This document shows positions 40,200-53,984 of a stretch of 64,000 nt of DNA, piece by piece. The notes under the pieces are model-generated. The model ran no database searches, had not been told where the DNA came from, and saw nothing but the letters and a program-made list of their open reading frames with translations. The position numbers and the translations under genes are program-made. Position 1 is the first letter of the stretch, and every line of letters starts with the position of its first letter. The DNA comes from Octopus vulgaris (Eukaryota), in the NCBI GenBank assembly GCA_951406725.2, contig OX597824.1, positions 70,556,001-70,620,000 of the forward strand, in the 5' to 3' direction.

Positions 40200-40960
40200 T
40201 CTGTCAAGTCACAGCAAGGAACTCACAGTTCCAAGTAATGCCAATTTTTGCAATACACCTAAATCGTAGAGTATTTCTAAAGTTTCCAGATCTTTCTTCA
40301 GGTTAGATGGTATTGACCTGACAACAGGGACAACCGTAATAATAATAATAATGAAATTATTGTATACAGTGCTCAGGTGCACCACAACTTGTCAGAAAGT
40401 GCATATAAAGCATATGCAGTAATGTACAAATGTCTGGAAAGTGAACAGTGTATGAGTCAGATACATGCTTGCGTGTGTATGGAGGGGAGAAAATCAGGTG
40501 TAGTGTTGGCGAATCTCAGGAAACATGGAAGTTTTGAAGGATGCACTGCTCCGACAACTAACAATTGATGCCGGCAGTTTATTCCATACTTCAGCAACTC
40601 TTAGCGTGAAAAAAATGTTTCCAAAAGTCATGGGAGCTGTAAATATGTCCACGGGTGTTAGACGGGTGGAGTTTGGAAAGGTACTTAGAGTTATTGTTTG
40701 TAAGATGGTTAATAATTTTATGGGTGTCTGCCAAGTCAGCTGGCAGACGTTGGAGTTTCAATATGTCCATGGCCAAGGAAGTAAGGTGTTCAGAATATGG
40801 CAAATGCCTGATGGAGGGTATTCTTTTGGTTGCACGTCGCTGAACGGCTTCCAGACGATTAATATCCTGGGCATAATGTTTGACTCTTGTAGTTGCCACA
40901 TCTTGGTGATTTCAATTCTCAAGTCTCCATATTTATCTGTTTTTCCTCTTTCTTTCATGA
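40200..40960 (-). pseudogene. R4/Dong-clade LINE restriction-like endonuclease relic, interrupted by CR1
   Basis: KTDKYGDLRIEITKMWQLQESNI|TVVPVV...LQKLALLGT. Confidence 0.75.
40340..40874 (-). mobile_element. CR1-clade LINE 3' fragment with (ATT)n tail
   Basis: QDINRLEAVQRRATKRIPSIRHLPYSEHL...DLADTHKII...SNTRGH is the canonical CR1 C-terminus. Confidence 0.9.
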
Positions 40961-41459
40961 TAATAATAATAATTATTATTATTATTAATTGTTTCATTTT
41001 ATTTATTCTTATAGACTGGTACTTCCATTCAAAAACACCCTGAAGTGATCACAGGTAATGAGCTCTTTATTTTTTCTCCTCTCTTTTCTTTCATTTCATT
41101 ATACCTTTTTTTTATGGATTTTTACTATTTCTTATTGCATTGGTGCCCCAGCATGGTCACAGCTTAATGGCTAAAATGTGCAGAAGAGATTGTGCTGTTT
41201 TGTTTTTGTTCAAACATTAGGAAGATGCAATGGCAACGCCCACAACCTTTTCATACCTTCCAAAGCAGATGCCATTTATATCCTGTTTGAACGTCTGTCT
41301 TAAGACAACATCAATTGGAAATATGTTTGCAAAGAGGAGGTTCCAGAAGGTTGATATTCCTGGAGAGGAACAATTGTTGAAAGCAATTAGTGTGAGGACC
41401 AAGCAAAGAGACAAAGTATGGGTTGATGAGAAGAGACATGTGTTCTGGATAATCTAGGG

Positions 41460-42325
41460 CAGAGGTTTTCAACTATTGGGCTGCACGGAAAGGAAAAAAA
41501 TTTAAAATTTTGTTTTTATTTCATTGACAGTCTGCAGTGTGTTTTTGAATTCATCATCATCATTATCATTTAACATCTACTTACCATGTTGGCATGGGTT
41601 AAATGGTTTGACTGGAATTGGTAAGCTGGAGGGCTGCACCAACTTCCAGTCTAATTTGGCATGGTATCTATAGCTGGATGCCCTTCCTAATGCCAACCAT
41701 TCCAAGAGTTTAATGGGGCCGTTCAAGAATTTGGACCTGGAGATATCCATTTCCAGCAATTTCGAGGTCCACTTCCCAGTGGTATTGGGCATCAACGAAG
41801 AGCCCTCGACTACAACAAGACGACCAAAGTTTTTTTTTTCCCAAGGTCTGGGGTCTCCTGCCCCTAAGCCCTAGACCATCACCTAATCACCCTTCCCCGT
41901 CTTGTTGCTTAACAACAACAACAGTGTAATGGGTGCTTTTTTATGTGCCACTGTCACGGGTGCTTTTATGTGCCACTGGCACAAGTGCCAGTTATGTGAC
42001 ACCAGCATCAGCCAAGGTTATGATTTTACTTGGCTTGATGAGTCTTCTCAAGCATGGCATATCACCAAAGGTCTGTCACTTGTCATCACTTTCATGAGGC
42101 CCACCATTTGAAGATCATGCTTCACTGCCTCGTCCCATGTTTTCCTGGGTCTACCTCTTCCACAGGTTCCATGCAATATATATGTGATGTATATGTATTA
42201 TATATGTTAAAATTAAATTAAATATTATGTACTTTATTGTGTTTTATGTATTCGATCGCCCTGTCTGCAGAAATATTGTCTTGCATGAAACTGGCCTGTG
42301 GTATAAAAATGGTTGAGAATCACTT
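41460..42325. mobile_element. hAT-type MITE with nested RTE pieces, inserted in a CR1-like relic (about 41260-42480, minus strand)
   Basis: Ends cagaggttttcaac and gttgagaatcact; imperfect TSD atctaggg/gtcttggg. The flank translates SLFYCYYNGHCSS. Confidence 0.6.
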
Positions 42326-42752
42326 GTCTTGGGGGAAGGTTGTATGCAACAATCTGAGAGGAACAGTGGCCATTATAGTAACAATAGAATAGGCTGCAAA
42401 AGAGAGAGAGAGAGAGGAAGAGCATGCATCTGAGGGCCAGAAATTGTAGTGATCTCACATAGAGCCTTTTCTTTTTCAGTTTTCACTCCAAAGTTTTCTT
42501 TGTGTTTCTGTTCCTCTATCATAGTTTAACCACTCATCAACTTGGCACAAAATTACCTCCCACAATAATACTCCCCATCTTAGTTGAGGAGTCTTGTCTT
42601 GCAAACTTTCTATGGCTGGATGCGCTTCCCATCCTTACCTGTTTCTAAGCAGGGTGATAATTTCCCTATGGCCAGATGGCCAGATATGTTTATGAAAAAT
42701 ATTGGAAATGGATGCTATTCATTTACAACAGTCACACAATCACAAGACAAAG

Positions 42753-42794
<42 letters not shown>

Positions 42795-42885
42795 CTCTCT
42801 CCCCCTCTCTCTCTCTCTCTCTTTCTTTCTCTCACACACACACACACAGAGTTTCTCTCTACCAAATCCACTCAAGAATTCTAAC

Positions 42886-42931
42886 AAAACTGTCTGACGA
42901 ACGGGAACATGAAGCTCCGAGTAACAGTTTT
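42886..42931 (+). ncRNA. Degenerate minimal hammerhead ribozyme
   Basis: aaaactgt-CUGACGA-acg(ggaa)cau-GAAG-c(uccga)g-UA|acagtttt. Perfect 8-bp stem I, but GAAA has become GAAG. Confidence 0.6.
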
Positions 42932-45094
42932 TGTGATTACTCTACCTCTGGTATTTGAGTACTCTTTCTTCCACCTTGTTTCACATTTATGTGCTTACTA
43001 CGGTATATGTATGGCTATAGATAGATAGATAGATAGATAGATAGACACACACAAATATGACAAGCTTCTTTCAGTTTCTGTCTATCAAATCCACTCACAA
43101 GGCTTTTGTCAGCCTGGAGGTATAGCAGAAGACACTTGCCCAAGGTGCCATGCAGTAGGACTGAACCCAAAAGCATATGTTTGGGAAGCAGACTTTTCAA
43201 CCACACATGCATACCTGTGCTTTATTTATAAAGGGGCTACTACATAATCATTCATATATGATGAACATATTTGGGTGTTTTGTATCCAGATTTTTAGAAT
43301 AGCATGGTGTTGGGGAGGAAATCGCAAAGAGGGGGTAATGCACGTGGGTTAGGGCGGATGGGGGTGTTGTTTTTCTTTTTTATGTTATTGTAGTTTTGAA
43401 TTTTTATTTTATTTATGAATTTTTGTGATTGAAACTCTTCCCATATGCAAGCGTTCAGCCCTGTAGTATATATGGCACCTGCCGTCAGCCAAACAGACTG
43501 TGGTAAGCAGATGGTTCAAGGAGAGGGAGAGAGAGAGAGAGAGAAAACAACCTGTGTGTTGCAATTTTTGAATTCAAGATTGCGTAAGTGAGTGGACTTG
43601 ACTTTCTGTATGTGTTTGTGTATGTGTGCTTGCTTTTATATATGAAATCTTTATGCCTTTATATGTAAGTATGCACATAAATATACCAGTGTGTGTGTAT
43701 GTATATATATATATACACACACACACCCAAACACGCATACTTTCTACATATATAGATACATTCTACATTCACATACCAATTCATTATATATGTATAATAC
43801 ATAGATGTATATAATATGAAATTTCTCCCCTAATATAATTGAATATCCATTCTATGGAACATAAAAATAATTGAAAAATATATATATATTATTATTATTA
43901 TTATTATCATTATTATTATTATTACTATTACTTTATTGTATTATATTTTATCTTAAAATGAGGGGCTGGAGATTGTGGGTGGCGGTAGGGGGCGGGGAGC
44001 AAAAGGCAATTTTGTAATTTTTGCTTCGGCATATACAGTTTTGGTTTATACATAGGAGGAAGGAAACAGTGGCTGGGGGTCGGCTGTTGGGGATAAGGGA
44101 GAGGTGGGAGCACAGAGAAAGAGTGAACTCGAGAGAGGGAGAGAGAAAGAGAGAGATGGGTGTGGAGAGATTGAGGTGAGGTGCAAAGAAATGGGAGAAG
44201 AATTTAATGGATGAAAATGAATGGAGAGTTGTTAAATAAATAAAAACTTTGTTAGTTGACTATTCTTAAAAACATATATACACTTACATATGTATGTGTG
44301 TGTATATAAAATAATTTTTAGTTTGGGAACATTTTTTACAAAAGTATACCTTATATACTTGTGAATAATATATATGTGTGTGTGTATGTTTGTGTGTGTG
44401 TGTGTGTGAATAATATATATGTATATATATGTGTGTGTATGTCTATATGTTAGGCATATGTATATGCATTTTGTATATTCATATATATGTGTGTGTGTGT
44501 GTGTGTATAATTATAATTTACATTTGGAGTATTGTTTACAAATTTATTATGGTGAAAATGTACGTGTGTGTGTGTGTATATATATATATCTATATAGTGA
44601 GTGTGTGTGTATGTATACACACATTTGCAAGTGCACACACACACACACACACACACGTACATATGATAAAATATTAATGTTTAATGTTTGGCTGTCTTGG
44701 ATTTTAAAACTTAAAAGACAAAAAAAAAAAAGGGGAAAGAACGTAAAAGATATAACAAAAAAAGAAATAAACAGATTATGCAGCTTAAAAGCCATTAAGA
44801 CAAAGCAATTATATATATAAAAATATTTTATTGGATGCGTTCAAATAATTTTTGACATTTCATGAGTTTTTATCTTCAAGAAATTTCAAATCTCAGTAAA
44901 TAAATAATTAAGGAAAAAACAAAAGCAAAAGCAAACAAATTTGAATTAAATATATAAAATATAATATATATATATATCCATATCTATACATATATGTGTG
45001 TATGTATAAATGTGTTTATGTAAATGTATGTATATGCATATATTATACCCATACACATAAATGGCATCAACAATAACGAGAAATGAAACTAAAG

Positions 45095-45144
<50 letters not shown>

Positions 45145-45679
45145 ATGTGCACACACACATACACACACATATATATATATACATATATTTGCTTGCTTAT
45201 ATACACACACACTCTCTATGTGCATATATAGAAACAAACAGATAAAAATGTAGGAAACTCGTTGATCAATAATTTTTAATCAATGAAATTATATTTCATA
45301 TTGCAATAAAATTTGATTCTGATAGAGCTATGTGTTGTGGGGGGTGGGCAGGCAGGTGGGGGGTGGGGTGAGGTTATCAGCAGTTGTAATGGTGTGGTGG
45401 TTATGGATGTGGTTCGTTATGGTGGGACAGATTTCTTCATCATCATCATCATCATGACAATCTGTTACTGTTGGCCATCTTTGCCGCCGCCGCCGCCATC
45501 ACCACCATTCCCAAAATAATGGGACAATCATCATCGTCGTCTTTGTTTCTGTTGACACCTGAACCAGCACCTATGCTGCCATGACCACCACCACCACAAC
45601 CACTACTAGTGTTACCCTCTAACCGTCACCACTGCCTCTACCAATGCCATGATCACCTCAAGCAAAACTTTAACATACA

Positions 45680-45715
<36 letters not shown>

Positions 45716-45882
45716 ATGTGTGTGTTCAAGCATATTCTTTTCTCTGTGTGCACATATTCTTTTCTCTGTGTGCACATATACACTGGCAAATACACACAGA
45801 TAAACACACACATGGCAGAGACTAGTAAGCCTTGTATAAAGTAGATTGTATATGCATGTGTGTATATATGTATTTCTGTGTG

Positions 45883-45926
<44 letters not shown>

Positions 45927-46914
45927 GTGTGTGTATGCGTTTGTGTTTGTTGGTGTATTGTATTTATGCACGTAATCTGTGTGTACAGATATGCACACAC
46001 ACACACACATACACACACACACACACATATAAAATGCTGTACCTGTTTGTTTTTGTGTTTATCTACCTGACAACCTGTATCAGCTTATTTATATATCTTT
46101 GTACCTTAGTAGTTTGGGAAATAGGAACCAAACAAAGGTCCAAACTTTAAAATAGGTCCTGGGGTCAGAGTCAGTGGCAGTTTGAATGACTAGACCCTTC
46201 AAGACACTACTCCAGCTTGGCTCTGGCACTTTTGTTGGTTATAACAACGAGGGTTCCAGTTGATCTTATCAACAGAACAGCCTGCTTGTGAAATCAACAT
46301 GCATGTGGCTGAGCACTCCACAGGCATGTGTATACTTAACATAGTTCTCAGGGAGATTCATGACAAGGCTGGCCCTTTGAAATACTGGCCCTACTCATTA
46401 AATGCTAGCTGAATGAACTGGAGCAGCGTGGAATAAAGTGTCTTCTTCAAGGACACAACACGTCACCAGGAATTGAACTCCTGACCTTGTGATCATGAGC
46501 TGAATACCCTATCCACTAAGCCATGTGCCTTCACTCTCCAGCATGACCAAGGTCTAATAACTGAAATCAGTAAGGAATCAAAGAATACATGCAATAATGT
46601 TCTAATATTCTGGCAGTGTTGAAGAATGACTGAGGGGGTTTGGTTTGCTACAGGTATTGCAGAATGGCTCTCAGAATGTTGCAGACTGCATCTCAAGGTA
46701 GGATGTTACTTAGTCCTGGTGCTATTGCCACTGGTTTTGCAAGCATTTATACCATTGCGTGTCATCTGCATATACCAACAGACTTTTCCCATAGCTCAAA
46801 AGGGATGTCTCAAAAGTTCTAGCTCCTGCAACAAAAGCACAACAGCCAGTATGTATAGAAGAGATGAGAGAAGACACCTTTGATAGACTGAGCATGCAGT
46901 GTGAAAGGGGTCTG

Positions 46915-47128
46915 TGAGGTGGCTGAAACGTTAGCGCGCCGGGCGAAATGCTTAGCGGTATTTCGTCTGCCACTACGTTCTGAGTTCAAATTCCGCCGAG
47001 GTCGACTTTGCCTTTCATCCTTCCAGGGTCGATTAAATAAGTACCAGTTACGCACTGGGGTCGATAAATCGACTTAATCCGTTTGTCCTTTCTGTGTTTA
47101 GCCCCTTGTGGGTAGTAAAGAAATAGGC
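46915..47128 (+). mobile_element. Young family B SINE (CpGs retained)
   Basis: gttagcgcgccgggcgaaatgcttagcgg...gagttcaaattccgccgaggtcgac. Confidence 0.85.
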
Positions 47129-47739
47129 TGTTTACTTTGCCCACCAAGCAAGCGCCACTATGTTGCTGCGATCCAGCCTCTGAAAACGGGTCTGAAACCA
47201 AGTGCTTTTAGGACTACTGCCAACTATCAAAGGTTGACCCTATCAAAGGAGTATCTAGCACCTGGAATATCATCAAGTATTCACCACTCTCTACCAGTTG
47301 GGTAATGCAGCAATATAAAGAGATCGTGTAGTGGTGGGTAAGATCAATGATGTTCTTGGGGAAACTCTGGGCATCAATGAGAACTAACTAGCTGGTTTGT
47401 TTTTGAGGACTTTCAGGTCAGGGTCTACCATAGATAACTTCCCAAAATCCCTGGCTTGACATTACCTCTGAGGGGGCACTACTGGGTCAAGACAACTTCC
47501 AAAGGAATGTAAGTGCTGCTAGGCAGGATTACCGAAGGTGCATAAAGAGTGCTAAAACTGAACTGCATGCACTCATGCTGTGTTCAAGCATTTTTGATTT
47601 GTCAAGTTATAGTGAACGGTTGTTGTCATGTGTAGAATGAATTAGCTGTTGGTTGAGCTAATCATGAGGATTGCTCCATTACCCTCTCTTAATAAGGAAG
47701 GGAGGCAGTGTTCCTTTGTCTAGTGACTTTGGTAAAAAT

Positions 47740-48756
47740 CACGTGGCTCAGTGATTAGAGTGTCAGGCTCACAATCATGAGGTAGTGAGTTCAATTCCTG
47801 GAGTGTTGTGTTCTTGAGCAAGACACTTTATTTCACATTGCTCCAGTTCACCCGGCTGTAGAAATGAGTTGCAGTGTCACTGGTGCCAAGCTGTATTGGC
47901 CTTTGCCTTTCTCATGGATAGCATTGGTGGTATGGAGAAGGAAAGCTGGTATGCATGGGCAATTGCTAGTCTTCCGTAAACAACCTTGCCCAGACTTGTT
48001 ACTTGTTCCTGAGAGGGGGAACTTTCTAGGTGCATCGTATGGTCATCCATGCTGAGGTCAACTTTGCCTTTCAGCCTTTCATGGTTGATAAATTGAGTAC
48101 CAGTGAAGCACTGGGGCCAATGTAATCAACTAAACCCCTCCCCACAAATTTCAGGCCTTGTGCCTATAGTAGAAAGGACTATTATTATTATTATTATTAT
48201 TAAAGGTACCGAGCTGGCAGAATCGTTAGCATGCCAGGCAAAATGCTTAGTGGCATTTCATCCGTCTTTACATTCTGAGTTCAAATCCCGCTGAGGTTAA
48301 CTTTGCCTTTTATCTTTTCGGGGTCGATAAATTAAGTACCAGTAAAGTACTGGAGTTGATGTGAGCGACCATCACTCTCCCTCAATTCCAGGCCAAGTTG
48401 ACAGAATCGTTAGAACGCTGGGCAAAATTAGTTCAGATTCCACTGAGACTGACTTTGCCTTACATCCTTTTGGGGGTCAATAAATTAAGCACCAGTGAAA
48501 CACTAGGGTCGATGTAATTAAATAGTCCCCTCCCCCAAAATTTCTGGCCCTGTGCCTATAGTAGGAAGGATTGTTATATTATTGCTGAGTATTGTTAATG
48601 GGTCAGACAATATTCTTAGTGGCATTTTTGCTGGCTCCTTACATTCTGAGTTCAAAACCTGCTTTCATCTTTTCAGGGTCGAGTGCTGAAGTTGATTTAA
48701 TTAACTTGCCTGCTTTTTTCAAAATTGCTAGCCTTGTGCCAAAATCAATATTATTA

Positions 48757-48760
<4 letters not shown>
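47740..48760 (+). mobile_element. Family C SINE followed by a tandem cluster of family B SINEs
   Basis: Matches to family consensus; (TTA)n tails. Confidence 0.8.
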
Positions 48761-48796
<36 letters not shown>

Positions 48797-49029
48797 CTTC
48801 TTTCAAGTTTGTTTCCATTTCTTGCTGAGTGTCTTCCTGATACCTAGGGTAAAGAAACTCACTGTATACATTGGTAGGCCATTAAAATAAACACGCCAGA
48901 TTTGTTTATTTACAAAGTCATATGGTAGAAAAAAAGGGGAAGAAAGAAAGTAAGCAAGAAAAAGGAAAGATGAAAAATATCGAAAAAAAGAAAACAAAGA
49001 AAATTAAGAAGAAAAAAAAGGAAAGAAAA

Positions 49030-49500
49030 TTCACAGCGACAATGCTCTTCTCAGTACTTGTGACGTATCCGTTGAAACAATCTTTTGCACTTCTTGCATG
49101 GATGGTAAGCCAGGGATCATCCTCAAAAAATTTTCAGTCCCATTTTTGGTCATTCCAAGTGCTCCTGTAACTGTCTTGAGATGCCACATTTGTTTCAGTT
49201 TCAATCAGCAAATCTTCATATTTTCTGAGCTTATCAATTTTTTTTGCTGAGATGTTATGATCACCAGGTATGCTCATGTCAATCAGTAAACAGATTTTAT
49301 TGTTTTCACCTTTCTCAACAATATCTAGTTTATTAGCTTTGATGGTCCAGTCTGTATGTGCTGGTAACTCCCAAAGAAATTTTACATTTTCTCCCTCAGT
49401 TACAACAACCTCAGGGTGGTGCTTGTACCAATTGTCAGCAGTTTTGATTTTATAATGCCGACATATTATCCAGTGTAGATATTGGCCAACTCTGACTTGT
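49030..49500 (-). pseudogene. R4/Dong-clade LINE C-terminal relic
   Basis: RVGQYLHWIICRHYKIKTADNWYKHHPE...NKLDIV...CLLIDMSIPGDHNISAKKIDKLRKYEDLLIE..MWHLKTV.GALG (restriction-like endonuclease). Starts next to (TTA)n. Confidence 0.85.
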
Positions 49501-49501
49501 C

Positions 49502-49546
<45 letters not shown>

Positions 49547-50244
49547 CGTCAGTAGTAGTAAAATTAAGGTTAGTGTACTCTCACCCCCCCATAAAAAAAC
49601 ACAAGATAATGTATCTTTGTGTGTGTATATGTCTGTATGTGAACATATGTGTATGTGTGTTTGTAATGAATTTTTAGAGCTTACTCAGAAATATATTAAT
49701 ATTCTTCATATTTCTCTAGAGAATTACAGAGCAGTTCCACAGTAATAATTGTTTTCTGACAGATTGATACAAGACCCTGCCACTTGCTGTTATCAGTAAA
49801 ATCACATTGGCTCTTTGGACTTTAATTCTTTGTCTTCCACATTGTTACATTGTTCTGTTGTCATTGCCAATTTACATTTCATCTCCAAGTGCTGCCTTAT
49901 GCACCCACCACCACTGCCACCACCACCACCACCACCGGCTGTCCAGATAATGGAACATCATCGGTTAGGGTGTAATGGGTATTGTCACTGTTGTTGTTGT
50001 TTAGGCCTAGTTCAACTCTGATCTGAGTACTACATGATGAAAGTTATTCTGGTTGGCACCATGTTGGTCATGTATTAATCAGAGTGGTGTCCTCATCTTT
50101 GGTTGTTGTTTCCACTACATTTCAGCTGTGTATTAATTTATCAACTCGTGTGACTTTGGGGTTATGGTATTCAGCTCATGATCACAAGATCATGAGTTCA
50201 CTTCCCAGCAATGTTCTTTGTCCTTGAGGAAGACATTTTATTCC

Positions 50245-50410
50245 AGCTGTGTGGTAAGTAACTTGCTTACCAACCACATGGTTCCGGGTTCAGTCCCACT
50301 GCGTGGCACCTTGGGCAAGTGTCTTCTACAATAGCCTCAGGCTGACCAAAGCCTTGTGAGTGGATTTGGTAGACGGAAACCGAAAGAAGCTCGTTGTATA
50401 TATGTATGTG

Positions 50411-50445
<35 letters not shown>

Positions 50446-50670
50446 ATGTGAGTGTATATGTTTGTGTGTGTGTGTGTTTGTCCTCCCAACATTGCTTGAC
50501 AACTGATGTTGGTGTGTTTACGTCCCCGTAACTTAGCAGTTCGGCAAAAGAGACTGATAGAATAATTACTAGGCTTACAAAGAATAAGTCCTGGGGTTTA
50601 TTTGCTTGACTAAAGGTGGTGCTCCAGCATGGCCACAGTCAAATGACTGAACCAAGTAAAAGAGTAAAAT
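50245..50670 (+). mobile_element. Family A SINE nested in a family C-like SINE
   Basis: Consensus match. The host head is at about 50150 and its body resumes at about 50675. Confidence 0.8.
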
Positions 50671-50946
50671 GAATCCACTCAGCTGACAAAAATGGGTAGT
50701 ACCTCTGTATTTCAAAATGCCAGCCTTGTCACTCTGTGTCACACTGAACCTCCCGGAGAACTATGTTAAGGGTACACATGTCTGTGGAGTACTCAGCCAT
50801 ATGCACGTTAATTTCAGAAGCAGGCTGTTCCAGTGATCAGATCAACAGGAACCCTTGTTGTAAGTGGCAGAGTGCCACAACAGAGCAAACATAAGAATAT
50901 CAGTGGAGCTTTGTAAGCCTTAAAAATTCACTCTGACATTGTCTAT

Positions 50947-51790
50947 GGGCATGTCATAGTGGATAAAGGTGCTGGTTAATGCTGTGCAGTCACCTAGATG
51001 TTCTGAGTTCAATCGCAGGCAAGGCATTAAGGTGAATCGCATGATATTTGAAGAAAGCTGGAGCATACACAGCTGAAATATAGTGAAAGCAGCAACAAAA
51101 ATGAGGACACCAGTCCAATACATAATATAATGAGACCCCCTTTGGTCATGACACAGACCATGGGATTGCACCTAGAAAGTTACCCTCCCAGGCACAAGTC
51201 TGGGCAAGGTTGTTTATGGAAGACCAGCAGTCGCCCATGCATACTGGTCTCCCTTCTCCACATCACCAGTGTTATCCAAACGAAAGGCAAAGGCCGGTTC
51301 AGCTTGGCGCCTGTGACGTCACAACTCATTTCTACAGCTGAGTGAACTGGAGCAACGCGAAATAAAGTGTCTTGCTCAAGAACACAACATGCAGCCTGGT
51401 CCGGGATTCGAGCTCACAACCTCATGATCATAAGATCAATACTCTAACTACTGAGCCATGCGCCTTCACACATAATATAATAATATATATATAAAAAAAA
51501 AAATTCCTCATCTCAGAAATGTAGAATCATTTATCCAGTCAGTACAAAGCCGACGTAAGACACCACCTAGAGGCATAGCATAGTAGGTAAAAGTGTTGGA
51601 ATGTTGTACGTTTAGCTAGAGATTCTGAGTTCAATCCCAGGCAAATCACTAAGGTGAATCACAAGATATGTGAAGAAGGCTGGAGTGTATGCAGCTGAAA
51701 CACAGTGAAAGCACCAGCCAAGATAAAAGCTCCACTCTAATTATACATCCTATAAATTCCTCATCTAAGAAATATAGAATCATATGATCC
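50947..51790 (+). mobile_element. Tandem dimer of a tRNA-headed unit (~270 bp) with a hammerhead-like motif
   Basis: Each unit has an A-box-like head, a B box (gagttcaatc), then TGAAGA-A-RGCTG..CAGCT-GAAA, and ends aaattcctcatct.agaaat.tagaatcat. Confidence 0.65.
51132..51469 (-). mobile_element. Family C SINE, full length
   Basis: 12-bp TSD acataatataat (51120-51131, 51470-51481). Confidence 0.92.
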
Positions 51791-53413
51791 TTGTCTTTAA
51801 CCCTTTAGTGTTAACCAGCCATATCTGGCCCAGATGTTTGTGTAGACATAAGCTCACTCCTTCCATCAGATCGACATTACCTGTACAGGTGCCACATGTC
51901 AGACGACAAAATGATCACAGAGCAACATGAAATGAAGTGCTTTGCTCAAAAGCACAATGCAACACCCGGTCTGGGAATCGAACCCATGATCTCGCAATTG
52001 TGAGTGCAACACCTTAACCACTGAGCCAGATCAAATATACAAATAATAAAATTAACAGACAACAAGAGGCTGTGCATAAGGAATGTATTAGTTTGACAGT
52101 CACAAAAAAGAGAGAGTTTTTAACATTTCTCTTCGTCAGAAAGGAGAAATGGAAAAGTCCAAAGAAGGAAGAGAAATCGCCAACTGCACATGTGTATGTA
52201 CCCACACACGCACGCACACATGCGCGCACACACACACATGTGTGTATGTCTGTGTTTGTCCCCCACCACCACTTGACAACCAGTGTTGGCATGTTTACAT
52301 CCCCATAACTTAGCAGTTCAGCAAAAGTGACTGATAGAGTAAGAACCAGGCTTACAGAAAAAAAAAGGAGGAAAATAAACACTGGGGTCAATTCATTCAA
52401 CTAAAGATATTCAAGGTGGTGCCCCGGCATGGCCACAATCTAATGATAGGTAAAAGATGAAAGGCAAATATGTTGAACATCAGCAGGCTTGGGAATTTTA
52501 GAGGTTTACATTACTGGAAAGGAAGAAAGGAAGAGTTAATTGTAGTCTCTATCCTGCTTCTACTCCCACCTCTTTCACTACATCTTGGTGCACACTTATT
52601 AGATTTTGGCCATGCTGGGGCATCACCTTACAGTTTTAGTTGCATGAATCAACCCCAGCACTTGCTTTTTGCCCTTTTTTAGAGCATGGTGCTATTCTAT
52701 TGGTTCTCATTTGCCAAACTGCTAAATTATGAGGATGTAAACACACAAACACCAATTGTCGAGTGGTGCTAGGGGCCAAACACACACACACATGCATGCA
52801 TGTACACGCATACACACAGTGGGTTTCTTTCAGTTTCCATCTACCAAATCCCACTTACAAGGCTTTTGTTGGCCCGAAACTACCGTCAAAAACACTAGCC
52901 GAAGGTGCCATGCAGCTGGACTGAACCTGGAACTATGTGGTTGTGAAGCAAACATCTTACTTACACAGCCACCACATTACCCCCACTCCCACCTCTCAGG
53001 TGGCAAAGACTACCTTGGCAAGATCTGAATTCTGAACACGGGTGCAAAAGTTTTCAAATGCTGTAAATTATCTAAGCTGGTGCACTCTACCATTTTTTGC
53101 CGCTCCACCGACTTAGCATATCTGATGACCCCCCCCCACCACCACCACCACCATTCCACACCTCTTCATAAGAATAATGACAGCCATGAATATAATAATG
53201 TAATGATAAGGATGCTGATGATGAGGGCAATGGTGGGAATGGTGGTAATGGTGGTGGTGATGATGATATAGTAATTTAAAGGTCCCTGAAGTTGAAATCA
53301 CAAAATCACGCTCCGTTTGGCCTCTTTGTTACACTCATTGAAAATGCTTACCCTTTATCTACAGGTCTGCAGTTGGTTCATATTTCAATATAGGAGTGTA
53401 TGTGTGTGTGTGT

Positions 53414-53439
<26 letters not shown>

Positions 53440-53448
<9 letters not shown>

Positions 53449-53482
53449 GTAGCTATGTATACACATATACAGATACTACACA

Positions 53483-53519
<37 letters not shown>

Positions 53520-53564
53520 TAATATGTAGTTATATATACACATATATATGCAGATGCTACACAT

Positions 53565-53606
<42 letters not shown>

Positions 53607-53783
53607 GTAGTTATATATACACATATATATGCAGATGCTACACATGGTATATATATATATATATATACATATATAATGTAGTTATATATACACATATATA
53701 TGCAGATGCTACACATGGTATATATATATATATATATACATATATAATGTAGTTATATATACACATATATATGCAGATGCTAC

Positions 53784-53815
<32 letters not shown>

Positions 53816-53925
53816 TATATATACACATATATATATGCAGATACACACAGTATATATATCTATATATATATGTAGTTATATATATACACATATATATATA
53901 TTCAAATGCTACACACAGTATCTAT
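53440..53925. repeat. Minisatellite with variable internal (TA)n
   Basis: About 6-7 units of ataatgtagttatatatacacatatatatgcagatgctacacatgg(TA)n. Confidence 0.9.
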
Positions 53926-53930
53926 GAATA

Positions 53931-53984
<54 letters not shown>

